From the NCBI GenBank assembly GCA_951406725.2, contig OX597815.1, positions 106,206,001 to 106,270,000 of the forward strand: a DNA stretch of 64,000 nucleotides. Direction: 5' to 3'. The position numbers and the translations under genes were made by a program. This document shows, one piece after another, positions 29,701 to 41,700 of the stretch (position 1 is the stretch's first letter; every line of letters starts with the position of its first letter). The notes under the pieces were generated by a model. That model did not search any database. It saw only the letters and a program-made list of their open reading frames with translations, and had not been told where the DNA came from. Source of the DNA: Octopus vulgaris (taxonomy: Eukaryota).

Positions 29701-32700
29701 TGCCTTTCATTCTGAGAGAGAGATCCTTTGTTGCCATCAGGGGTAGGAGCTCTCTGAACTTTGCCCAGCCTAATCTTATTCTCACAGCTATGCCCCTCAG
29801 AGCATCCACCTCTACTACTAACTTGGTCAACTAGATAATGGAAGCTATCTACTACCTCTAGCTTGCCCCCTGGCAGTTGATGGAGTCTATTTTCTGCATA
29901 TTTTCAGCATTTATTGTACCTGTGCACCTTCCACATATAAAAGTTAGTTTCCCTGTTAACCTTCCTCTGATGTTGCTGCACCTTTTATGTGTCCAAAGCT
30001 TATGGAGTTTCATCTTATGGAGTTTCTACCTACATCTTTTCTACAGATTGAGCAGGGATTTGTGATTTGTCTGCCTTCCTACTTAATATGACTTTGGTTT
30101 TTGCTAAATTTAACTCTAAGGCCCTTTGATTCTAGACCGTGCTTCCATAGCTGGAGTTTCTTCTCTAATTCAGGTAGTGATTAAGCTGTAAGAACAAGGT
30201 CATCAGCATAGAGGAGCTCCCATGAACAGCCTGTCTTGAATTCCTGTTATTGCCTGGAGGACTATAATGAACAAGAGGGGGTTGAGCACCAATCCTTGAT
30301 GAACTTCTACTTGTACCCTGAATTCTTCGCTGTACTTGTTGCCTACCCTCACCTTACTAGTATCACCCCTGTACAAGGCTTGTACAGCTCTCACCAACCA
30401 GTCATCTATCCTTAGATTAAATCAACTGCTCCTTTCCACCATATTTGTGGCCTTGTATTTAAATTTGAAATTGTGTGTGGCATCTTATATAATAAGTGTA
30501 TGACTGAATCTCCTCAAAATGTCATCAGAAGTAAACTAAAAAAAATCAGAGCCAGAACAAATAACAGTCATTTTGTCCAATACGTTATCAATTCTGACAA
30601 TTCACCATCCTAGTCTGGTACTTTATTTTATCAACCCCAGAAGGACATAAGGCAAAATTGACATTGGCTGAATTTGAACTCAGAAAATAAATAACTAGAA
30701 CAAATTCTGCGACTTCACCACCTTAATCTTAGATCAGTCTTTTAAAAAATATGAATTTAATCTATATAATTTATACATTGCAAGTAAAGATACTATTATG
30801 CTCATTAGATGGTTAGAGTTATTCTTTGGTTGCTGAATAGGGAGAAAGATGCAACCAATCAAAGCTTCAAATAATCTAAAATGCAGTCCATCAGAGCAAA
30901 CAAAGAAACAAACAACTGAAACAACGACACATACATACTATAAAATGAAATATACAAATTCACATGTTCATGCCCAGTGGCTTCGAAGTTTCAGCTTGTT
31001 CACTTTCATCAGTCTGTTGAAGGGAAGTAAGTCATGTGCTAAAAAGTATTGAGTCATTTTTTTACTTAATGTTAAACTGTGATTTTTATATATAACTAGG
31101 CATAAAAACATAAAAATATACATTGGTGCCACATAAAAGCTCCTGTGCGGTACCATGTAAAAGCACCCATGCAGCGCCATGGAGTCCTGTATTGTATAAA
31201 TGCATGTACACGTGTGTGTGTGTACCTTTATGTTATATCTTTTCATTTACTCCATGATGTATTACATATTTTGTGTTTTTCATTTGTCTAAATATATCTT
31301 TTTCTTGTGTTGTTTTCTCTCCATTCAGATTGATTCTTTGAAGGGTTATACCCTTACTGGTGAGCGAGAATTTGTGATAGATCCTTTGACCACATCTGCT
31401 ACAAATCCATCCCTGGAAAATATTGCAGCCCTCAAAAATCCTTTTGAATGGATGCCTGATGAAGTTTTCCACAACTTACAAAATTTAGCAATGAGATTCA
31501 GCTGGTTTACTGAAATTTTTGTTAATCTGACCAAAGAAGGCAAAGATTCTTCTTTGAAACTGTTGTTTGACTCCCAATACCCTGAACAATACAATAGTCT
31601 TCCAACAAAACTGAACGTTCTCACTCCATTGCAAATACTATGCTTTTGGCGAGCATTAAGACCAAAAGAATTTTTACTAGAAGCTACTTCTTATATTAGT
31701 TCTGTTCTTGGAAGCAAGTAAGTATATATTATTTTCACTACTCTATTATATTCAGTCTTGTTTGTTTGCTAGTCTGACACTTTTCACACACAATTTTCTT
31801 TTTATACTGTTGAGAAAGAAAGCAAGTCTGTTTTTATTCTGAGGAAGTCTTAGCCAAAATGAATCACATATTATTTGAGGGATATTGCACATACAAAATC
31901 AAAGAGCTATGATTCAACAAAGCATTACTGCTTAATAATAATAATAAAATTCATCATTGTTATTGTTGTTATTATCATGATCAAGAGTGACCTAGGGCTA
32001 AACAACAACTTACCCGAGAGTTGTCAGTAGGATTAGATCCCACACTAGAGGCAGCTCACTTATCTGTCAGTGCAACTAGATTTCCTTTTAGTCATGACAG
32101 CTAAGACTTACACTGGAGTCCTCCCTTCAGAATTGAACACTTAATCTTTTATATTGGCCAGAGATTTAAGGTGTGTTTTTTTAACATATCTAATTGGTAG
32201 ATCAACAAACTGGTTGAAGACTCTTTCACCATCACACAACAACCACTAGCTTATAGACACCAATACACTACATTTACCAACAGACTACAATCTATGGCCC
32301 CCAGACAGACTATTTCTTCCCTCTTCAACTATAATGGCTCTGCTCCTTTGAGCTAGCAAACTTTATACCATCCCTACCTAATGCACTCATCTCTCAAAAT
32401 CCCACAGTAAGTACTTTGCTCAGTACTTACATCCCAGAACTACCACTCTATGGAACTTTCTCCTTGCACATATTTTTGCTGTAGGTTTCAGCCTACAGAA
32501 ATTGTAACCGAATAACCTCACCAATATGGGAGGAATCTGCATAGGCCATGGATACTGTCACCTCACCTGTAACTTTACTTTGAGCGATATACCTAACTTT
32601 CTGCCTATCTTAACACTACTACCTGGGCCATGGGTACCTTTATCACAGTTCTTTCTGTTGTAAACATTCAAGCCAAATTCTAACTTCTCTTCTCACAAAT

Positions 32701-35700
32701 GTTTTTCCTGTAGAAACGAATGAGCAGGCATTCAGGTCAAGCTTCCACCACATCAATCTCACCAACCTGAGTGGGCTAAAAAGAACATATCTCTCTTCTT
32801 CTGACTAAATTGCTAAAAAAATTAATAATAACACTGTTAAACAGTGATTTTTAATCAAAACACATTAAAGACAAGTGTAATAAGTCAAATCTTATAACAA
32901 TCAAATAATGACATAATTATTTTCATTCTCTACTTGTTTATTCTTCATATTTTCTATGAAATAATATTTGATGTTCTGTTGTGTCTGGGGAGAGTCATTC
33001 TCTTTTAGTGCCTTATTATTTAACACACTCACCGGTAAAATAGTCTTGACTATTGAGTCAAGACAATTGAAAAGGTTGCAACACGCAACGAAAATTTTAG
33101 AGAATAAAAAGAAGAAATAAGTGGAAATTTTACCGGTGAGTGTCATCATCATCATCGTTTAGCGTCCGCTTTCCATGCTAGCATGGGTTGGACGGGTCAA
33201 CTGGGGTCTGTGAAGCTGGAAGGCTTCGTCAGGCCCAGTCAGATCTGGCAGTGTTTCTACGGCTTGATGCCCTTCCTAACGCCAACCACTCCGCGAGTGT
33301 AGTGGGTGTTTTTTACGTGCCACCTGCACAGGTGCCAGACAGAGCTGGCGAACGGCCACGAACGGATGGTGCTTTTACGTGTCACCGGCACGGGGCCAGG
33401 CGATGCTGGCAATGGACACGAACGGATGGTGCTTTTACGTGCCACCAACACGGGGCCAGACAGAGCTGGCAAACGGCCACGAACGGACAGTGCGTTTACG
33501 TGTCACCGGCACGGGGGCCAGCCGAGGCTGGCAACGGACGCGAACGGATGGTGCTTTTACGTGCCACCGACACGGTTGCCAGACAGAGCTGGCAAACGGC
33601 CACGAGCGGACGGTGCTTTTACGTGTCACCAGGCATGGGGGCCAGCCGAGGCTGGCAACGGACACGAACGGATGGTGCTTTTACGTGCCACCGACACGGT
33701 TGCCAGACAGAGCTGGCAAACGGCCACGAGCGGACGGTGCTTTTACGTGTCACCGGCATGGGGGCCAGCCGAGGCTGGCAACGGACACGAACGGATGGTG
33801 CTTTTACGTGCCACCGATACGGGGCCAGACAGAGCTGGCAAATGGCCACGAACGGATGGTGCTTTTACGTGCCACCGACACGGGGCCAGACAGAGCTGGC
33901 AAACGGCCACGAACGGACGGTGCTTTTACGTGTCACCGGCACGGGGCCAGGCAACGAACACGAACGGATGGTGCTTTTACGTGCCAGCTCTGCCTGGTCC
34001 TGCCAGGCAGAGCTGGCAAACAGCCACGAGCGAATGGTGCTTTTACGTATCACCGGCACAGGTGCCAGACGAGGCTGAAAGCGGACACGAACGGATGGGT
34101 CACTTAACCCCTGCTTTCTGATATATGATTTGATTTTGATTGTTCTCACTGGTCTTGCCGGGTCTTCTCACGCACAGCATACTTCCATAGGTCTCGGTCT
34201 CTGGTCATTTCCTTGGTGAGACCTAGAGTTCGAAGGTCGTGCTTCACCACCTCGACCCAGGTTTTCCTGAGTCTACCTCTTCCACAGGTCCCCTCAACTG
34301 CCAGGGTGTGGCACTTTTTCACACACCTATCTTCATCCATTCTCACCACATGACCATACCAGCACAATCGTCTCTCTTGCACACAACATCTGATTCCTCT
34401 TAGGTCCAACTTTTCTCTCAAGGTACTTACACTCTGTCGACTATGAACACTGACATTACACATCCAACGGAGCATACTAGCTTCATTTCTCGCGAGCTTA
34501 CGCATGTCCTCAGCAGTCACGGCCCATGTTTCACTGCCATGTAGCATGGCTGTTCATACACATGCATCATACAGTCTGCCTTTTACTCTGAGCAAGAGGC
34601 CTTTAGTCACCAACAGAGGTAAGAGCTCCCTAAACTTTGCCCAGGCTATTCTTACTCTAGCCGTTACACTTTCAGCACCCCCACCCCCACTACTGACTTG
34701 GTCACCAAGATAACGGAAGCTATCAACTACTTCTAGTTTTTCCCCTGGAAAGTGACGGAAGTTGTTTTCTGCAGATTTTCAGAGGTTAATGCTCCCGAGC
34801 ATCTGCCACATACAAAAACCATCTTCCTAGTTAGCCTTCCTATGACATTGCTGCACCTCTTATGTGTCCATAGCTTACACTTGGTGCATCTTATAGAGTT
34901 TCTACCTACACCTTTTCTACAGATCGAGCAGGGCCATCTACCTGAAGGCGTTTGTGATTTGTCTACCTTCCTACTTATTAGGACTTTGGTTTTAGCTAGG
35001 TTGACTCTAAGGCCCTTCGATTCTAAACCATGCTTCCACACCTGAAACTTCTTCTCCAGTTCTGATAATGACTCAGCAATTAGAGCAAGGTCATCAGCAT
35101 AGAGGAGCTCCCAGGGGCATCCTGTCTTGAATTCCTCCGTTATTGCCTGGAGGACTATGATAAATAGGAGGGGGCTGAGGACTGAGCCTTGGTGGACCCC
35201 TACCTCTACCCGGAATTCTTCACTGTACTCATTGCCAACCCTCACCTTACTAGCAGCGTCCCTGTACATGGCTTGCACAGCTCTCACTAACCATTCATCT
35301 ATTCCTAGTTTCCTCATTGACCACCATATGAGGGATCGGGGGACCCTGTCGAAGGCTTTCTCCATGTCAACAAAAGCCAGGTACAGGGGCTTATCTTTGG
35401 CTAGGTATTTCTCCTGCAGCTGCCTTACCAGGAATATAGCATCAGTGGTACTTTTCCCTGGCACGAAACCAAACTGCATCTCATCTAAACTAACTCTCTC
35501 TCTAATTAGTTGGCTTATGACCCTCTCTGTAACCTTCATCACCTGATCCAACAGCTTGATACCTCTGTAATTATTTGTATCTAGGGCATCACCTTTACCT
35601 TTGTAGCAGTTGACTATTATGCTGCTACACCAGTCATTGGGTATGACTCCTTCATGTATCACCTGATTAACTATACAGGTGACTAGGCTATAGCTGACAC

Positions 35701-38700
35701 TACCAGATATTTTGAGCATCTCTGCAGTGATACCTGATGGGCCTGGGGCTTTCCCTGTCTTCATGCTTCTAATTGCCTTAGCTACTAAGGAACTATCAAC
35801 CCTGATAGCTGGTCCCTCTGTTGGGTCAACGTTCGGCAGACTCTCTTTATCCCATTCATTTTCTTTATTCAGCAACCTTTCATAGTGGTGTCTCCAAGCC
35901 TCTCTCTTTGCATCCTCGTTTAGCGCAAGTGAACCATCTTCCATGCGAACACACTTCTCTCCCACCACATCACAATTCTCTCTCACACACTGTCTTGCAA
36001 CGCGAAACACCTCCAGTCTTTGGTCCTCACGGCGCAGAACATTGGCAAATTTTTTCTTATCTGCTTCCCCTCTGGCTAGATAGACCTGTCTCCTAGCTTC
36101 CCTTTTAGCAGTCTGATACAATTGCCTGCTACCACCATTCTTCCAGTGCTTCCAAGTCTGTCTCTTTTCTCTAATAGCCCTGTCTACGACACTGTTCCAC
36201 CACCACGTTACCTTGGGACGAGAGGGGACTTTGCACCATCCACAGATCTGGTCAGTGGCTCTCAGCAGGTTGTCCCTTAGAAACGTCCAGTTGTCCTCTA
36301 CCCCATGTGATACTCTATCCCCTTCTACTTCGTCAAAGGCTTCAAGTAACATGTCTCTAAATCTCTGTCCATTCACAAGATCCTTAAGCTTCCAGATCCT
36401 TCTTCTCCATGTTAGTCGTCTTCTGGTTGTCCTCCTACTCCTGATCCTAAAGTCACTAACTACCAGTCTATGTTGTGGGGTGCATTCTTCGCCTGGGAAG
36501 GTTTTGGCATTTATAAGTAGCCATCTCTCCCTTTGCCTGGCAAGGATGTAGTCAATTTGGCTGGTATGTTGGCCCGATCGGTAGGTGACTAGGTGGCTGG
36601 TAGGTTTCCTGAAGTTAGTGTTGCCTAGGTGAGTGTGTTAAATAATAAGGCACTAAAAGAGAATGACTCTCCCCAGACACAACAGAATATGCTTCAACAC
36701 ACGAACTCATATAAAGAATCTTGCAAACCAAATCCAAAAACGAAATATTTGATGTTGATTTCTGTTTAACACAAGAATTTCTTCTTTCATTTTTCCTTCA
36801 GATTTGTTGCCAACTTTCTCCCGAACATTCCACTTGTAGTCACCATGACCAACCCTACATACCCCATTCTTGTGTTTACCAATACCCAAAGTGGAGAAGC
36901 TGATGTCTTCTTTTCAAATTTTTTTAAAGGACAAAAATATGAAATGATATCTTTACATGTCTCAACCTGTTCTTCCTCGGCTGAGACAGCACTGAGGAAA
37001 TACATCTGGCAGAAAATGTCTCAGGTAAATACAGAAGAAGACTCTGTGTGTGGGTGGGTGTGTGTGCATGCGCTTGTGTTTATATGTATGTGTAATTTAT
37101 TAGCCACAAATACTAAGTGACTGTCATTTTAAGTTTTGTCAGTTAAACAAGTTATTACTGACAAAACACCAGTCGCAGTCAGTCACAATTTCTATCTAAT
37201 GAATTATTTTCACCCTACATATGTATGTAGTCCTTTCTAATTGAATATTACTTGCTTTTAATAATTTTTTTTAAAGAACTAAATTCAAGTGTGTTTGTGT
37301 GTATTTAACTCTTATATACATTACAGACACCACGTTATTTTTTTCATAGTCACTACCAAATACTCTGTAAACAGTTTCTACTACTCTATAGAGAATACAA
37401 TGTACTGTATAGACATTATGAATGTATGTGGCTGAATAGTCAGGCTATGTACCACATTATGTTCCTGAACAAAACATTTCATTTGATGTTGCTCCAATCT
37501 ACGCAATTGAAAATGAATACCAGTGACAGTTTGGTATTAACCCTGTTATGGATTAATATCCCATTCAGTAGAGAGTATTGTTCTTGCTGTTTCTTATACA
37601 CAGTGGAAACCAGGATGAGCTTTAGCCTAATGAGCCTGTGGAAACCAGGATGAGCTTTAGCCTAATGAGCCTAAAAGTTCATGACCAAGTCTTCTAGAGA
37701 CATTAGCAAATATTCTACAGAAAGTATCAAGTTCTTGACATTCTCTACCAAGTACTTTATAGATACTCTTTGTGTCTTATGAAATCAAATACATTGTAGC
37801 AGGGATGGGGTTATGATGTCATAAAACTAGACACTGTATAACTAGAGGTTCAGGAAATGTCAATTAGCTAGAAACAACTATATAATTGGAGACATTGTGT
37901 AATTTAAAATCACTGAATAGCTAATAATGCTATGTACACTAGGGACACTATATTGCTAGAGGCACCTTATAACTAAAGATAATTAGAGCTGATAAGCTAT
38001 GTAACTAGAGACAACATATTACAAGGAACATGATAACTATGCATATTATATGATTAGAATCACTATATGTATAGGTGCTGACATGGCTGTGTGGTAAGAA
38101 GTTTGTTTCCCAACCACATGCTTCCAGGTTCAGTCCCATTGTGTGGCCCCTTGGGCAAGTGTCTTCTACTATAGCCTTGAACCAACTAAAGCCTTGTTAG
38201 TGGATTTGGTAGACAGAAACTGAAAGAAGTTCATCATATATATGTGTGTGTGTGTGTGACACAGATGTGGATGAGAGAGAAAGGAGATGTGTGTGAGAGA
38301 TTCTAATAAGGGAGTTTTTACATTCCTAGAACTTAAAAATCTACTATGTGTGTATTTAAACTGATGTGTAATATTTTGTTATCAAGGACGTATGGATAAT
38401 TCTGAAGAATGCTCACAATTGGCCTTCACTCCTGTTGAAAGTCTCTTCATGGCTCTTAGAAAAGACAGTACCAAATCCTATGTTCCGCTGTTGCTTGTCT
38501 GTTGATGTAGACTTCAAAGATCTTCCAACTCAACTTCTGGATGGTTGTTTCAAAATCTTTATTGATTCTCCAATGGTGAGATCGTAATTTTAGTTTGTCT
38601 TATTGTTTTATTGAGCTATTTCTGATTCACCAGTTTTCTAATTAAACATGCACTGAATATTGATACAATGAGTGTGAGACATTAGGCATATAGACTGTGA

Positions 38701-41700
38701 AATTTGGTTTATGTAATCACTGAGTAAGATTATAATTTTTGGATTGCTAATCTCATCTCTAGAGATGAAAATTTTCAATATTTATATTTACTTTTTTAAT
38801 TTTAATCAGTTTGATCTCTGATCATCATCATCAGGTGTCTTCACCCTAGATGTGTACATTGTAGCAGACTAGATTCCAACTAGGAACCCTTATTGCTAAA
38901 CTATTACTAAATTTAGTTTAAAAATAAAGGTTCCTGTTTTGAATCCACACTGGTCCTATATACACATATAGAAATCCAACCTGCTGATGACTGAAGATCA
39001 AACTAACTGAAGCATAGTGGGAACATGTTTTCATCTCCAAATATATGGTTATTAGTGAAAAAAAACTTATAATCGTATTAGTATTTAAACAATCAGGTAT
39101 CTAATTCTATTTAGTCTTCTAAACTGATTTCTGAGCTAATATTGCACAGTCCTCATCAATGTAATCATGTAGCATCAGCGTTATCATTTGTATCATTGAC
39201 ATATTCTTCATCATCACCACCAGCCCTTCTTTCATTATCATCGTCAATTATTCCATTCCAACATGACTTAAATAAATATGGACATCACAATTCATTTCAA
39301 TCCTCTGTAATCATCATTTCTTGTATGTTCCTTGGCTTTCTGCAACAGAAGGCCAAACTTATTTACACTTTTAGCTCACTTGCACTCCACCTTTCATATC
39401 AGTTAACATTATACATCTGGTAGGTCATATCCCCACTTTTCTGTAGTTCTGATTCATGGAGCATTAAATGTTGAAAATCTATTACTGTCATATAGCATAA
39501 TTCTTCTTATATGTGCAAACAATGAAACCTCTACACAGTTGCTCAATCTGCAAGGAACACTTCAATTCCTTGGTCCTCATGTCGCTGAACAGATACAAAC
39601 TTCTTTTCTGCTTCTCCCTTGGTTAGATATACTTGTCTCCTAGCTTCCCTTCTGGTTATCTGATACAGTTCCCTGCTACCCCCACTCTTCCAGGTCTTCC
39701 AGGCCTGTTTCTTTGCTCTAATGGCTCTGTCTACAGCATCGTTCCACCACTATGTTACCCTAGTTCTGGATGGAACTTTGCACCAACTGCAGATTTAGTC
39801 TGTGGCCCTCAGCAAGCTGTCCCACAGGAATTCCCTGTTGCCTTCTATGTCACAAGTCTGTAGCTCCTCCTCCCTCTTAAGTTTCTCAATTAGGATGTCC
39901 CTAAATCTTTGACTATGTGAAGGGTTCTTAAGCTTCCAAATCCTTCTTTTCCAGATTGGTCTTCTTCCTGGCATCATTCTGGCCTGGAGTCTAAAGTCAC
40001 TAATGACTAGTCTATACTGTGGAGTACATTCTTCACCAGGGAGGGTTTTTACATTTAAGAGCAATTGTGCATCCCACTGTCTGATGAGAATATAATCAAT
40101 CTGGCTAGCATGATCACCTGAAAACAGGGAAAAGGGACATAGGAGGGAACATGGATAGGAGAGATGGTATTCAGCACCTGAAAAGAAGGTTTCAATGATT
40201 ATTTGATAACAGATATGTCACATAAATTCTTGCTTTAACCTACCATCATTCAAACATGTTAAAATTGTTGTCCCTATTAGTGGTGATTGAAAGGTAAGCA
40301 TTGTAAATATAAGTATTATGAGTGTTACTGCTGCAAATATAAATAGGACAATGTTTAAATTAAGTAAGTAAATAAGCTGCTATTGTTTTGTCCATCATAT
40401 ATAGAGAGAAAGAGGCAGGTGGTTTGTTAATTTACTAGGTAACACACCTCCTTTTGGAGCATGCACCAGTGTCGATGAGTGGTGGTAGTGGTGGGGTGGA
40501 AGGGACAGAGGTATGCAAGTCTTCTGGTACAGAAGTGAGACAGCATCCTGTAGGGATATCCAGAGATTTCTGGTATAAGAGAAGAGATTTCCAGTATAGA
40601 TGGTTGAGGGCAGGAATGGGGGGGGGGCAAATCATGAACAAGCTTTGCCTCAAGAAATAGCAGCAAGAAGACACTAGTGAGGCACACAGAGAGACTTGAA
40701 AAACTTCATCACTGGGGGAAATCATAACAAGAGTGAGAAAGATGTGTTATAAGACAAGGCAAGAATATTTACGAATTTTAGAGATGAGGGAGAGTTCTAA
40801 GGAAATCATGGCAGAGGAAACATGGCAAAGTATAGGAACACATGGGTTATGAAATGGAGAGAGAATATTGCAAAGGATTTAAAGAATTACAATTTGAAAG
40901 TTATTTGAAGAATTAAAAAATTACAAGTTACAAAAGTTATTTTAACTCACACAGCATGTTAGTATTGCGGGTTAGATGAATGAATGATGAGTGATTAAGT
41001 ACTAGAGAAATTTCTTAGCTTAGCTGGTCAGGGAATAATACTGCCACAGCGAAGCAAGCTATGTGAAGGTTTGGGAAACCATGTGCAAAGGGTTCTTTAT
41101 ATAATCTACAGCCGGAAGTGATCACAGCGGAGCAAGCAATGTGAAGGTTATGTCTTCAAAATAGTTAAATATTCAGGATAAGCTTACACTAAAATACAAC
41201 CTACCATGAAAGAAGACGGAATGGTTTAGGCTACAGTACTGGTCAAAGTTTAAAATTTTTATGCACAAGAAATTCTCCCCTACCACATGTATATATTGTA
41301 GGATGAAATAAGTTAAATCACAATACATAACAGGCTCAAATAAGATTCTTACAGTCTCCACCCAGCTCCTATAATACAAGCAATTCAAGAAAATGTACAA
41401 CTTTGCAACATAAACTAAAATGATAACAACATCAGTGAACCAAACAGAAAGTGCCATTGTCCCTTTTCCAATATCATTTGAAACGATACACTTCTCATTC
41501 ACTCATGCATGCATACACCCACTCATAGAAAATTAATTATGTAAATATTACAAAAATCTAAAAGAATTTACAATACATTGTGATAAATACAAGGTCTGAT
41601 CAATAAGGATCCAGACTGTTGCCATAGTAATGAAGCTAAAGCATGCAGAGTGAAGCTGCTTGGCAAAGATTGACCTTAAACACTGCTGTGTATGTGTACT

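Larger units (their letters stand above)
33144..36627 (-). mobile_element. Young 5'-truncated RTE-clade LINE (end of APE endonuclease, RT, PHD-type finger, C-terminal domain, repeat-containing 3' UTR, (GAT)n tail)
   Basis: 9-bp TSD GGTGAGTGT at 33135-33143 and 36628-36636. RT motifs KAPGPSG, NYRGIKLL, QFGFVPG, FVDMEKAFDRVP, GVHQGSVLSPLLF, LLYADDL. Endonuclease tail SQIDYIL...PQHRLV. C-terminal MLHGSETW...GRGRLRKTW. Confidence 0.95.
32971..36690. repeat. 68-bp perfect inverted-repeat element (Penelope-like remnant) whose right arm is split by the RTE insertion
   Basis: 32974-33041 is the exact reverse complement of 33127-33143 joined to 36637-36687 once the RTE and one TSD are removed; Penelope assignment is inference. 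Confidence 0.8.

Noticed and set aside
33300-34100. CRISPR-like array next to a reverse transcriptase
   Set aside because: Units are repeated along their whole length with no unique spacers; eukaryotic intron context, no cas genes, and the RT is a non-LTR RTE type
33300-34100. preQ1-I riboswitch resemblance (5-bp stem plus A-rich tail)
   Set aside because: The loop is too short and lacks the ligand-binding consensus; only the generic H-type topology is shared
33188-34121. Three long overlapping + strand ORFs (296, 271 and 242 aa)
   Set aside because: Artefact of a stop-free GC-rich tandem repeat whose unit length shifts frame; antisense to the LINE UTR and without domain features
38805-39010. 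CTGATGA motifs on both strands resembling hammerhead cores
   Set aside because: No GAAA at the right position and no convincing stems; one lies in a (CAT)n tract
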